Below, piece after piece: positions 12,627 to 25,659 of a stretch of DNA of 64,000 nt (the first letter of the stretch is position 1; the number at the start of each line of letters is the position of its first letter). Position numbers and translations under genes: made by a program. Source of the DNA: Macrostomum lignano (Eukaryota); assembly GCA_002269645.1 (NCBI GenBank), contig NIVC01001822.1, positions 1-64,000 of the forward strand, written 5' to 3'. The notes below the pieces were generated by a model that saw only the letters and a list, made by a program, of their open reading frames with translations, made no database searches and was not told the origin of the DNA.

Positions 12627-14295
12627 CCCGGCGGTAAAAATCACGTCGAAATGACGTCGAAAAGCGACGTCGAAATTTCATGTCGATTTGAACCACGATT
12701 TCGACGTCGAAATTTTCGCCATCAGATGTCGAGTATGCGACGTCGTGTTTTCCACTATTGATGGCGAAAAATCGACGTCGTTTATACTCGTCGATCACAG
12801 AAAGTAAATGGCGATTTTCGACAAATTTTCGATTTTAATATTATGGCTATTAATACTAGTACTTAATATTATTAATATGCTAGAGCAATGTTTCATACAA
12901 TTAGCCATAAACTACATGTACGTAACTTACAGCTGACGGAACATAAGTTTTATAACTCATACGCTGAAATACTCTAAGCAGTAAAAGAAGTGTTAAGGCA
13001 TAAAAATGCTAAATAGGGCTGACGTTTCATTTGCTATCCGCGCAAATTGCAATAATCTTGCAACCATGAAAAAAGTATAGTACCGTGTATTCAATTCCAA
13101 TTCAGCAGCAATTGGAAACGATCATGGAAATCGGCATCCAGCAATTGCGAACAGAAAGCAACGATGAGAAAAAAACGATGAAAAACTGTGAGCAATGATA
13201 CACGGATACACGCAATGGCAACAGAGTATACATTTAATACAGTAGTTACACTTAATCAATAGCAACATCTAAATATAATAAATGCACCTATACTAAATCT
13301 CTAATCTCAAAATATATATACTAAAAATGGTCTGCTCTGATATACTAAACTACATACATCTAATAGCATCATACTAAAGAACGGTAGGGTTTATAAGCAA
13401 TTATAAAAACTACATACAAAATATATTTATTCTATCAGTCTTTATTTTAATTATTTCTTCTTTTGCTTAGAGCTCAGCAATTATTTGGCCATTGCAATTT
13501 AGTTTTTACTGTAACTATGAGCATATGCTACAAACACAAACTACAACTTCTTTACTTTCTGCAATTTTGACTTGATAAAGAACTAGCAAAAGCATGACAT
13601 AATGGACAAAAGATGATATTGAGTCTAACTAGAACTACACTCAAAAATGTAAAATGTGAAATAAAAAATGAGAAGTAACAATAACAGCAAAGCAAATAAA
13701 AGAGGAAAATGAACAATTATCTTTGTTGTTCCTCTTGACTGGAAAGATAATTAACAGCAATGACAGCAAAACAAACAATAAAAAATTTATGGCTACTTTA
13801 TTGATTCGCTTATACATATATAAACGATTAAAACTCTAGGCAGCAATATTATGTTAAACCAAATTATACACACAATTTATGACACACAATCACACATTAA
13901 TACAGCGACAAATATAAAAAATGCATTGAAAGGAAGAAGCTGCCATGCGTAATACAGAAGTATAAGTTAAACATTTATGTATATAAGTTAGGCATCAAAA
14001 ATAATAAATCGACATCGCATGGCGATATTTTAAAAAAATGCGCGTATCTAGCGCTGAGTTAAAACAAAAAATATAACCTCTGTTGTACTGAATTTTTAGG
14101 TCAATTTTGTAAACTCGCAATCACGTTGAAGAAAACATTGTAAAATATCATAAATGATATATTTGGCAAATGAGAAGATAAAATAATTCATATCGAAATT
14201 TCGACGTCGAATGAAGGTTCAACCGACAACTAATTCGGCGATAGTCTTTAAAAGGCGAATATCGACGTCATTTCGACGTGATTTTTACCGCCGGG
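12627..14295. mobile_element. Non-autonomous CMC/EnSpm-like DNA transposon, 1669 bp
   Basis: Perfect 34-bp TIR CCCGGCGGTAAAAATCACGTCGAAATGACGTCGA, 2-bp TSD TG, CGACGTCG subterminal repeats and an AT-rich non-coding interior. Confidence 0.85.
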
Positions 14296-14532
14296 TGTAA
14301 AAGTTAAGGAGCCAGCAGTTCAAACTGACAAGTTCGAGAACTTCAAAAAACAGATCACCAATCGTGAAAATCTTCAGAAGAATCTTCATTCCGTCGAATT
14401 GGCGATTCTTTTGCTGTTAAACCACCTGAGGCCGGTTCCGCGTCTCAGCATCTGAATCTGGCTATGCTGCTTATTGCTTTGTTCTTTTTTGCTCTTTAAT
14501 CTATGGCTAAACCTTCACTGCTTGCATTAGTA

Positions 14533-15452
14533 TAGGATTTTTCGTTTGATTTCATAAAATAGCCATTTGATTTCGTCCATAGAAGTTGGCAGCGCGGCCA
14601 TAGAGTCTATGGCAATAAAGTGCGCTGTTTTCCAATTGAATTCATAACTTTGCCACTTCATTTCGACATACCCAGTAGAAAGGCAACAGAAAAGTCGATG
14701 CGCTTGTCCAGTACAGAAAGAACTGTTAAAAACAGAAAGCTGTGTATTTAAGTCACATGAGGAAGTAGGCAGTTGCAACAGTGAAATCAGTTATGTCCGC
14801 CAAAGTTAATGCTCGTTCGCTGCAACAAGCTACAAATTTCACATTATCTGCTGCTCATTGATGCACAGGGGCAGAAACCGCATCACATGTCGTTCCCAGG
14901 CAAGGCACTTCGCGGCGGAAATTTCCTCTAGTGCAACGTAGCCGCAGCGGAAAAGCACCATGAGTCTCCACTGCGTTAGATTGATGCCATCAGGCGGATT
15001 GCTAAGTTCCTGTTGAAGCTCAGGTGTTGCTAGCTGGCGTTTAAGCGAAGCCTTGAGACAACTGTGTGCCTGCTCCGCGGCGTTAAGAAATGGAGAGTAC
15101 GGTGGCAGAGTTCGCAGTTGAATACGATTGGCCGCGTTTATACGTTTCCAATGGACGCGTATGCAGCCATTTTTAGGCACACAAGGAAGGTGACTGTTGC
15201 CCAAGAAGAGGACACGTTCATATAGGCTTTTCATTTCTATGAGAGGTTTGGCCATAGATATTCACCCACTGATATCCCAGCCCCCTCTGACAGTGTTTGA
15301 GTCACTCCGCGCGTCAAGTCGAAATGAAGTGGCAAAGCCATGAATTCAATCGGAAAACAGTGCACTTTATTGCCATAGACTCTATGGCCGCGCTGCCAAC
15401 TTCTATGGACGAAATCAAATGACCATTTCATGAAATCAAACGAAAAATCCTA
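14533..15452 (-). mobile_element. Internally deleted Tc1/IS630-family element, 920 bp
   Basis: About 140-bp TIRs starting TAGGATTTTTCGTTTGATTTCA, TA TSD. Carries a DDE C-terminal fragment (LRTLPPYSPFLNAAEQAHSCLK) at 14839-15150. Confidence 0.85.
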
Positions 15453-16004
15453 TATTAAATCAATTAAGGTATTAATCAACACTCAGCGAAAGCAGTAATA
15501 TTTTGATTAATTCTTTAAAAAAATGAGCTGCAATGTCACCACAGGAGTCCAGCTTTGATGCTGTTAAAAAATCGCATCGCTAATTTCGTAGGTTCCACAG
15601 TAAATGATCGATTGCTTTTGCTCTGTCAACCCGATTGAGCTGAAACTTTAGCACTGAACTCATTAGATATAAGCCCACGTTTGTGTAAATTTTTATAAAA
15701 ATCGATTGAACAGATGCAGAGATAGGAGGCTGTCTAAGAACTTTTTGGACGCACTAAGGTAGCTGTTCAGCAATAATACAGCAATTTGTTAAGCTAGCAG
15801 CAGAAACTTTGTTTTACATGAGAGAATTCTGTTAATTAATTAATGTCTATCGGGCGTGCACAGCTAAATGTCTAGCTAGCACTGAAAGACAACAGGGTAT
15901 TGGCTCAATAGAATCAGAATATTCTGGCAGCAGAACTATCAAGCAATCGGGAAAACACTGCATTTACGAGCTAGATATAGTTTTAGTAATTTCGTCAATA
16001 TGTA

Positions 16005-16259
16005 GGGTGGGTTTCACAAACGTGAAATTTCACTACCGCTAAAAGCACTTGCTTTCATAAACGCGAAACTTCACAACCGCTAAACTTCACAACCGCTAAA
16101 TCACCTACTTTCATAAGCGCAAAGTTTCATAAACGCGAAACTTCACAACCGCTAAATTTCTTGCAGTCACTTTCACAACCGCGAAACTTCACAAACGCGA
16201 AACTTCACAACCGCGAAACTTCACAAAACGCGAAACTTTCGCGTTTGTGAAAGCAACCC
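16005..16259. mobile_element. MITE with GGG...CCC ends and an internal AAACTTCACAACCGC array (MULE/Merlin-like)
   Basis: TIR GGGTKGNTTTCACAAACG and exact 8-bp TSD AATATGTA (15997-16004, 16260-16267). Confidence 0.88.
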
Positions 16260-16440
16260 AATATGTAAGCGTCCAAACGTGGCGTCCAAACGTGGTTTGG
16301 CATAGTAACGAGTATATGCCTTTCTCTGCTACCTGATGCAGACGGAAAATTATATTGCTTATTCATCCAGAATCGTGCTGATTCTGCAAAATCCTTAATT
16401 CACAAAAATCCCTCCTTGATCTACTCTCTCACGATCGTGA

Positions 16441-18279
16441 TCACAACGCTTGCAAAAGCTCGGCGGTTGCGCGCTTCGCACTCTGAACAGCACCCTCCAT
16501 GTAGCCGATCCATTCGTCAGCCATATCGCTGCCCGCAAAGTGCACCCTGTGAAACGGTTTGGACAGCTCTGGGGACAGTAGCAGGCTGCCGCAACCCACT
16601 GACACAGCCGACGCCATACAAGTGCTATGATACGGCTCCGAGCACCAACTGTGCTCAGCGTAGTCGATAAAGTTAAACACATCCTCTTTGGGGAAGAATC
16701 TGGCCAGATGGTTTAGCAGAGCTTCGCGACGCTCGTTGGGACTTGCAGTACGGTCAGCGCCGGACGAGGCCAGAACAACTAAAGCTGGGTGCGCTCCGTC
16801 CCTGCTGCAGGCGTCGTAGCACACGCTGATCGAGCCGCTGACGCTCTGCGGGTTCGTTGGCTGACCCTGGCACGACAGAATCTCTCCGGAGAAACCAGCT
16901 TGACGCCAGAACGCGTTCGCATAGGTGATGATCGTCTTCAGCGTGTGCGACACGGTCGGACAGCTGTTGGCCAATTGCTGCTTGGACGGGGGTAGAGTTG
17001 GGCGAAACTTCACCAAGTTGAGACTAGCGAGTGGCAGCGTGCAGAGTACTAGGCAGCTAGTTAACTGGTCGCCGGATTCAGACAGCAGGCATACTTCTCC
17101 TCGAAAATTCTCATCATCATTGTCGGTACTCTGACGAATCTCGGCGACGGGCCAGCCAAGACGCAATCTAGCCGGTCCAACCGATTCAGCCAGCCGCTCG
17201 GTGATGCGTTGCGCGCCGCCGTCAACGCGCAATTCCTGGGCGTCCTTGAAGAGCTTCTCGAATCCGCCGCTAGATTGAGCGACGTTTAGCGCATGAATCT
17301 GTGACATTCGCTCGTCAGAGCCTTGCAGCACTGGCGCTACAACGCCTCGGAGGAAGAGCTCGCTCTCTTCTCTGTTTGTGGCGGAATAAATAATAAATTT
17401 AACATGCTTGTGGGATACTCATTTTGCGGTACAAGACTTTTAATTAGTTTGTCCGTCTCTCACCTGGATGTGAGTCGCTGCACAGCACTCTTCACCGAGT
17501 CCTGATCCATACGTTCAACCTGATCCGGCTGGCTGGTCTTCAACCCAGTCGCTTGCCGTTCGAGCGCTTGCAGAGTGAGGTTCAAGTCTAGAAGGTTTAG
17601 CAGACCGATTGTTGGCACCCCGCCCTCATATTGAGTGACAGTGTTGTCCATCTCGACAAACTTGATACCCTGGCGGTACTGTTCGAACGTCTCAATCTTC
17701 ATCTCTTTTAGCAGCTCAAGAAGGTTACACTGGGTTTTAGAAGCCCAGGTGCCACCAAAACACCTGGTAAGAAAGAAGTAGTCAAATTAATTTCTTTCAG
17801 ATTATATAGTTTTCATTTTTTTCGTGACTACCTTCCAAAAAAGATTATTGTACGTTCGTACATCTGGACTAGTGCATGTATGCTCTGCTAATGATGATTG
17901 TTAATGATCTGGAACTGATCCCGTACCATTGAAAAATATAAACGAATATATAGGACTTATCAAACAACTAGCATTTGTTTACATGCGTTGACGATAGTAA
18001 TTTTTTTCAACACTAAGCCTATCAAATAATCTTGTTTTAAAGCAGGCCTCTCAAAAAACTTTGAAATCGTCGCCCGTCGTCTCACCACTGTCGAACCTCT
18101 CCATCAGCGCATCCGACCGGCTTCGACAACAGGCGTCCACCAATTCTGTCCTTCGCCTCCAGCACCAGCAGGTCCAGGTCTGGCCTAGCCTTCAGCAGGA
18201 GGTGGGCCGCCGTCAGTCCGGCTATTCCAGCTCCGATAATGACGACATCGTGCCGACGACAAGGATGCTCTCGATTCAT
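16441..18279 (-). CDS. Flavin-containing amine oxidase (monoamine oxidase family), 3 exons, about 474 aa
   Basis: Exons 18279-18086, 17763-17464 and 17371-16441 total 1425 nt in frame. FAD motif [15 protein letters not shown]......[19 protein letters not shown]..., GYMEGAVQS. Confidence 0.92.
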
Positions 18280-19637
18280 TTGTGCTCTGAATCGAACCAC
18301 TATTAATAGGTCAGTTAAAAGTCTGAAGTGTTTTTTTCAGCGCCGGCAACTCAAATGTACCGGTTTTTAGGAGGACGCTCGAGGTTGAGGGAGTGAGTCA
18401 GAGAATTCGCTTCTGACAGGAATATATACCAGAAGAGAAGAAGCTGGACCGATGCCAGAACGAATCTGGTTGCGAATTGCTTCTCAGACTGGCTTAGATG
18501 AGCAGGGTTGAGTCGTCAGCTAGGACTCAAGACCTGCGAGAGTTAGAACTCTTGAAATAGAGCGGAAATTGTTGTTCTGAGTTTGGCAGTGCTATGGCTA
18601 GGGGGTGTCTGATGGACTCGCACTCAGATGCTTCTGATTTAAGTCTAACCCACAGCCTAGAGCCATGCAGCTACTGAGATTTTTCTACTTTTCTGTCTAC
18701 ATAATGTAAAGAATAGAACTCCAATTTCCTACCCCCGTCCATCTCAAAACTAATAAGAAAACACAGTTTTTCTGTCACACGCACACAAGGTCCTGACCGT
18801 TTCATTCTCTACACTACTAGTACAAGCGAGGCTGACTGTGTTTACTGCTTGGCTGCTGCATGCGCACAGTTAATACATGTAATATGCGAATTTTATCACT
18901 CAGTAGAGAGAAGTATAACATGGTGCTAGAAATAATCGTTTAAAACGTAACTTTTCAAACATTTAACCGTATCTGCTTATCGATTCACTTTTCTCTGCTT
19001 CTCTCACTAACGCATGTGTACACCAGAATATCAGTATAGTTACTCCCCTTCTGTCCAGTGCGAGCTTAACAGGCAATGCAGGTTTCTCTCGAATGCCAAC
19101 TGTACACTCCTACAGACGTTTACGAGCGACACGCCAGCAGTGCACATTTGGGTAATAGAAGATACTGTCAGGCCCTTTAACAGTGAGAGAGGGAAAGTAC
19201 AGTGCCAATTCCTTTCGCGTACAGCAAAACCCAAGCAAGCTGTGCAGCGTTGAAAATTTCTTTCCCGTATGAAATCCTCGTTCCGCTGAATGTACTAACT
19301 TGCTGCCCTTATCTCTTCCCCTCCCTCCACTCTCCCCTCTGTTTTCTGGGGGGGGGATTGACTGTAAACTAACACATGAAGGCGTACTAGAGACAGAGAG
19401 TGCGTAGCTATGGAAAAAACGACCAAGCTGAATCAAAGAAAATTCCCCCAAGTCAGAACAGATCCGTCAGGCAGACTTCGCCCCACGAACAGTACTCAAA
19501 CTTTTTATAATTCCTAGGCGCGAGAGTAGCTATATCTTCATCAGGGACCACAGTGAACGATAAAATCCTCATTCTAGGACAGATTTTTCAATAGGCCTAA
19601 TAAGTTGACAAGACTTCGACGCAAATCACGATCTAGC

Positions 19638-20399
19638 ATGCACCCTAATTATCCGCCTTACACCGGCTCTGGGCCCCAGCAGCCGCCGCCCATTGGCTTG
19701 GAAGGCATGCAGCAGCCTCAGCAGCAGCCTGGCTATGGCTACGGAGCCCCGCCTCAACAAGGCTATGGCGCCACTCAACCAGGCTACGGTGCCTCGCCTC
19801 AGACTGGCTATGGCGCCACTCAACCAGGCTACGGCCCGCCTCAGACTGGCTATGGCGCCCCTCAACCAGGCTATGGCCCGCCTCAAACTGGCTACGGCGC
19901 TCCTCAACCAGGCTACGGCCCGCCTCAGACTGGCTACGGCGCTCCTCAACCAGGCTACGGAACCCCGCCTCAGACTGGCTATGGTGCCCCTCAACCAGGT
20001 TACGGCGCTCCACCACAGCCTGGCTATGGCGCCCCGCCTCAGCAGTCTGGCTACGGCGCCCCATCTCAGCAGCCTGGTTATGGCGCCCCACAACATCAAC
20101 AAACTGGTTATGGCGCCTCACACCATCAACAAACTGGTTATGGCGCCTCACACCATCAACAAACTGGTTATGGCGCCCCACAACATCAAAAAACTGGTTA
20201 TGGCGCCCCACCGCATCAACAGACGGGCTACGGCGCCCCACAATCAGGCTATGGCGCCTCGGCTCAGCGTGGCGTGTCAACCCAGCCGCAGCGCATGACC
20301 GGCCCATTCGACTTTCGCACCTGGGGCTCGACTGGATTTAACCAAGCCGGACATCGCATGTCCAACTACAATCCGGGCTATCCGTTGACGTCGCGCTGA
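19638..20399 (+). CDS. Low-complexity Pro/Gln/Gly/Tyr protein with PQ(P/T)GYG(A/P) repeats, 253 aa
   Basis: Open frame from ATG 19638 (preceded by a TAG acceptor-like site) to TGA. Third codon positions vary among the repeats while the peptide is kept, which suggests real coding. Confidence 0.7.
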   Translation: MHPNYPPYTGSGPQQPPPIGLEGMQQPQQQPGYGYGAPPQQGYGATQPGYGASPQTGYGATQPGYGPPQTGYGAPQPGYGPPQTGYGAPQPGYGPPQTGYGAPQPGYGTPPQTGYGAPQPGYGAPPQPGYGAPPQQSGYGAPSQQPGYGAPQHQQTGYGASHHQQTGYGASHHQQTGYGAPQHQKTGYGAPPHQQTGYGAPQSGYGASAQRGVSTQPQRMTGPFDFRTWGSTGFNQAGHRMSNYNPGYPLTSR

Positions 20400-21536
20400 T
20401 CGTGAGATCAACGAAGACCATGAGTGAGAAAAACTAGAGTACAACCTTCTTAGGAGCACGGAGAACGAGCGAAGGTTAAACTGCTGAAGCTAACTTGGAA
20501 TACGAGCAAGAAGAGTGTTAAGTTAGACTGTTATTCTTTCTTCATTATGTGAAGATGGGCATTAAAACATTTTAATTTTAGCGGGGCACGGAGGGTAAGG
20601 CTAAGGCAGCGGCTCGGTGGGGGTGGGGGGGGGCAAGGGGAACGATGTGAATTTAGGGCTAGACTGACTGGATTGGAATGGACAGACAATTTCGTCTCTT
20701 TGCATGTACATTTTTAGACCGATGACTAGCCAGTGTACTCTGTCTGCGCGGATCAATGTACATGCGCGGTCTCGTCTAGTTTAAAACAGAAATATAAAAG
20801 TCCTCTTAAACACGTCGGGCACGCCTGGGATTCGTTTTATAGGGACAAAACTTCCAAAGTAAGCTGTTAATTAACTGCTAGGCCGGGTAGTAAGGGGTAA
20901 AAGCAAGGGTGTTAGCGCCTCCAGAAGTGTGAATTTAAAGCTCGAATTGAGATAGGCCGTGATTTTTGCCTCTGCCGTGTACATTTAGACGGTTGGCTAG
21001 CCGGTTCTGCGCGGATGAACGTACATACACAGTGACGATTAGTTTCAAGCAGCACTAGTCCAAAAACTGTTCAAATACTCGTAACAAACTTCGTCGTCCT
21101 CTCTCTTGCAATAAGAATCTTTACCACAGTCAGCGACACAGCAGGTTTAATCGGTGTTATTTATTAGCTGGTTAAAAAACCAAATATCCTAATCTATTGA
21201 GGCTTGTTACTTGTACTATGTTTATTTTTAGTACGAGCTACTATATTTGTTAATCTGCGAAAATTTACGAAAACTTTTTGTTGCGATTACGCAATAAGTT
21301 TTGCCGCTTCGATTTTGCTTTTATTATTCTAGCTATATCTATCAGGTTATAAAATGAACATCTCCGAAGATAACAACCAATCACCGCGTAAGAAGTTACT
21401 TTACTTTATTCAAATTGCTTTTGAGCAAGACTTAATTAATTTATTTAAGTAAGGGTTAATATTTTTATAAGGAGAAAATACAAACTCTATATGAAAGCTA
21501 GGATACGAGAGAAAGTTCTTGATTTAGTGTGACTAA

Positions 21537-23244
21537 TCAGTCAGAGCTTAGTAGATGCTGCAAGATCGCTATAGTTTCCATCTCCGCGGCCATCTGTCGT
21601 CTAGTAGCCCACGGACTCAGCTGGGCAGCAGCCGATGAGACCCTCAAACTGGTCTCGAATTTCCAACTGCTCCGCTGTGACCGACGCTGCATAGCTAAAC
21701 CCGCCTCGGTCGGTCGGTAAACCGAATACAAATTGCTTGAGATGCGGCTGGCTCGTGACGTCACCGGCTGAGACCCAGAAATTGGCGGAGGTGGAGGCAG
21801 CCTTGGCAACGCCAGCATTGGCGGTGGCGGCTCTTGTTGATGCTTGATTGCGGCAGCCGCGGCGGTAGCAGCAGCAGCAGCACCTGGCGTCGAATGTCTG
21901 GTTGGAGAAGGCCGCCAGAAACCGCCGGGACCTGCAGGAGCCGACTTGCTGTTATCCGCTTTTGCTGGTAACAGAAGCAGCAGAGATGGCAGAGGATATT
22001 GCCTAGGCGAGCTGTGACCCTGCTGCTGCTGTTTCCGTTCTAAAGAGATTTGACCTGTAAATCTAAGAGAATGAGAAATTACGGGTTAAAAGACGTTCAA
22101 TAAGTCGTCAGTACTTGATTTTAATACAGAAGTATCTTTCTAAAGTTAGCTAGGAGCCCCTCTTCACTTGTAGGGCGATATAACTGGCATAAGACGCATG
22201 TACGGAGCGATAAACACACAGAGAATACGCAACAGCGAGTCCAGGAGATGCTGAAAGTCTTCAGGCAGCCAAGAGGCACCAAGAGCCTCACAACAAGCCC
22301 GAAAGATACCAAAAGCCTCCAGAGCACGGTCAAGAGGCATTGCATGAGAGTCTCAAAAACAAGCCTGAAAGAAACCAGAAGCGTCAAGAGCACGGTCAAG
22401 AAACACCGAGAGCCTCAAAAACAAGCCCGAAAGATACCAGAAGCCTCAAGAGCACGGTCAAGAAACACTGAGAGCCTCAAAAACAAGCCCGAAAGATACC
22501 AAAAACTTCAACAGCACGGTCAAGATGCGTCGAGAGCCTCATAAAACAAAGCTGAAATATACCTAAAGCCTCAATAGCACGGTCAAGACACTGAGAGGCT
22601 CAAAACAAGCCTGAAAGATACTAAAAGCCTCACGAGCTCGGTCAAGAGACACTGAGAGCCTCAAAAACAATCCTGAAGATACCAGAAGCCTCAAGAGCAC
22701 GGTCAATAGGCACTGAGAGCCTCAAAAACAAGCCTGAAAGATATCAAAAGCCTCAAGAGCACTGTCAAAAGGCACTGAGAGCCTCAAAAACAAGCCTGAA
22801 AGATACCAAAATTGCCTCAAGAGCACGGTCAGGAGACACTGCATGAGAGCCTCAAAAACAAGCCTGAAAGATACCATGACCTTCAAACAAAATAATAAAA
22901 GTACACAGGAAACCAGCCTAAAAAACAAGTGTCACACCGAAGCCTCAGAGAAAAGTTTACAATCAACATCGACAGTCGAGCCTGAAACCTGCAGCGCTCT
23001 TAAATTACTGCAAGAATCCAAACAAGTTTGTGAGTACTGCACCTTGCGCTCGGCTGAGGTTGCCGCTGCTGTCTCCTCCGCTCCAGCCGCCGCCGCTGCT
23101 GCTGCTGCTGCTGCTGCTGCTGCACAACGGCAGTAGTAGACGGAGAAGTCGCGGCAGTTCTAGTTTGGCCAAGCTGTCGAAAGTAGATATCGCGTCGACG
23201 TCTGGTGGCTGCTGCCAAAGAGACGGACGATGGCGCTTTGGCAT
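21537..23244 (-). CDS. Hypothetical two-exon low-complexity protein (exons about 23244-23043 and 22054-21537)
   Basis: Phase-1 donor CAAG|GTGCAG and acceptor TTACAG|G join MPKRHRP...RAQ to GQISLERKQQQG...TIAILQHLLSSD* in frame. GC-rich, no recognised domain, weak donor. Confidence 0.45.
22250..22880. repeat. 62-bp minisatellite built from two related 31-bp halves
   Basis: AGCCTCAAAAACAAGCC.GAAAGATACCAG / AAGCCTCAAGAGCACGGTCAAGA.ACACTG repeated about 10 times. Confidence 0.9.
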
Positions 23245-23949
23245 TAGCGTCTGACGGCATCTCTGAGCCCTAGCTATACCATTTGATTTATGAAATGAGC
23301 AGAGCTATATAGCGCCAGAATGCCAAACTAGAGGGCGTATTTTATTCCCACAGTTGATGTGGGATCCCATTTTCATGAGTTACCAGCTCTCTCTTTCCCC
23401 CATCATGCAAAAATAATTTACTGAGACACTTACTGAGACACAGAACTGCTCACTCATTGTGCGTGCTCATTGCTCAAACAAATGGCAATTCAGGCAATGA
23501 AAGAGAGGAGAATGTCCTGCAATATAACCATCGCAGGATTGAGTCCAGTCAATGCATGCTTTTGATGCAGATAATGCATCATAAAATGTTTAGTATTAGC
23601 CTCAGCCCAAACTGGCAATAAATGAAATAGTGAATGCGGGATATTTGCTATAGGTGATACTCTCCTTGTCCGTAGCCAATTTCTAAGTTAATTTCTATAA
23701 GCATAAGGCTACTCAATCTAACGAATCCATCTATTAAACTTCCGTAATCCGTATGGCTTTTAGGATAATTTAATCTGTTGAAGTTGTCGAGCTGTTTAAA
23801 AATTTCGAGAATTCACTATTTATATAGCATCCAGGGGCCTCGCCATGGATTTTATGGTGGAGGGGACAAGGCCAAGAATTGTACATGTGCATGTACATGA
23901 CTAAATTCCTACATGTACATTCTTTTCCGAATCGGTGTTGTCAGCGATC

Positions 23950-24686
23950 ATTTTAGCGCCGCAGGCACTCATTTTAGCGCCGCAAGCACTCATTTTGGCG
24001 CCGCAAGCACTCATTTTAGCGCCACAGGCACTCATTTTAGCGCTGCAGGCACTCATTTTAGCGCCACAGGCACTCATTTTAGCGCCGCAGGCACTCATTT
24101 TAGCGCCGCAGACACTCATTTTAGCGCTACAGGCACTCATTTTAGCGCCGCAGGCACTCATTTTAGCGCCGCAGGCACTCATTTTAGCGCCGCAGGCACT
24201 CATTTTAGCGCCGCAGGCACTCATTTTAGCGCCGCAGGCACTCATTTTAGCGCCGCAGGCACTCATTTTAGCGCCGCAGGCACTCATTTTAGCGCCGCAG
24301 GCACTCATTTTAGCGCCGCAGGCACTCATTTTAGCGCCGCAGGCACTCATTTTAGCGCCGCAGGCACTCATTTTAGCGCCGCAGGCACTCATTTTAGCGC
24401 TACAGGCACTCATTTTAGCGCCGCAGGCACTCATTTTAGCGCCGCAGGCACTCATTTTAGCGCCGCAGGCACTCATTTTAGCGCCGCAGGCACTCATTTT
24501 AGCGCCGCAGGCACTCATTTTAGCGCCGCAGGCACTCATTTTAGCGCCGCAGGCACTCATTTTAGCGCCGCAGGCACTCATTTTAGCGCCGCAGGCACTC
24601 ATTTTAGCGCCGCAGGCACTCATTTTAGCGCCGCAGGCACTCATTTTAGCGCCGCAGGCACTCATTTTAGCGCCGCAGGCACTCAT
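23950..24686. repeat. Homogeneous 21-bp minisatellite (ATTTTAGCGCCGCAGGCACTC)n, about 35 copies, possibly within a decayed hAT-like element (about 23832-24810)
   Basis: Near-perfect units. The flanks have CAGGGG, GGGGACAA and TGTCCCCCC motifs, but no clean TIR/TSD was found. Confidence 0.9.
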
Positions 24687-25659
24687 GTTTTGTCACCCTG
24701 AAGCAAAATTATTGATTCCCATGCATAACAGGACAACAAAGGTGGGGTGGGGGGACAAAGCATTGGCATGTCCCCCCATAAATTTTACTGGGGGATGTGT
24801 CCCCCCTGGTATTTGCAGGGTAGGTCAAGTTGCGATCAGTATTACAAGTCTCAGAGTCTCAACATTAATTATCTCGTCAAAATTAGCTTGAGCATTGATA
24901 TTGTTCGAAGCAATACAATAATTTATATATTTATTTTGTCATATAAGCCAAATATGAAAGAAAGACGATTGAATTTGCAACAGATAATGATGATTAATAA
25001 AGTGATTTGATCATACAGTCATCATGCATACTATGCATTTATATATAATTTCAGGTTCTGTGCTAAGCTTACAGAAAAACGCGCTCAAAGCTTCATTCGC
25101 TGAGTACCAGAGGCCAGGCACTCGAGACAATTAGGGTGACCTCCTTGTAATAGGGGCAAATAAAAGTATACATGTAAAACTTAAAACATGGGAGTTACCT
25201 AATTATTAGAAGGCCAAATTTCATTTCAACATGCATTTGCGAGCAATGGATTTCTTGGCCCTGGTGTACATGTATAGCCGAAGTTTGACAACTCTGGGCA
25301 ATCCGCTTTCGGCGACATCGTCTCACAACCAGCGCTGGCGGCAATTCGGCCCATTCGGCCGACTCCTGGGCACATACAAGCGCGCGAAAATTGTACACAG
25401 GCACGCAATCATACACACGCGCTCACACGCAGGGTGTACAATAGCCCTTTAACTTTCTAATCGTCTTTCTAATTGACTTTCTAATGTACTGGCCCGATCG
25501 TGTGAATCGCATGACGACCCCCTGGGCAATTTTTTGTGCACACAAGTCCCAAATAGCCGCGTACGGAAGCGAACCAGGGTCGTAGCTGGAGACTCGACAG
25601 TCAGACAGCAGATCATTGAGCTGCTCTGCCCCTCCACATAAGTTAAGTCGATTCAATAC

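Larger units (their letters stand above)
12432..15759. mobile_element. Tc1/mariner-type MITE (about 170-bp TIRs, TA TSD) hosting two nested insertions
   Basis: CCTTAGTGCGTCCAAAAAGTT...AACTTTTTGGACGCACTAAGG, flanked by AGCTA / TAGCT. The inverted similarity continues to ...GCAATCGATCATTTA. Confidence 0.85.
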
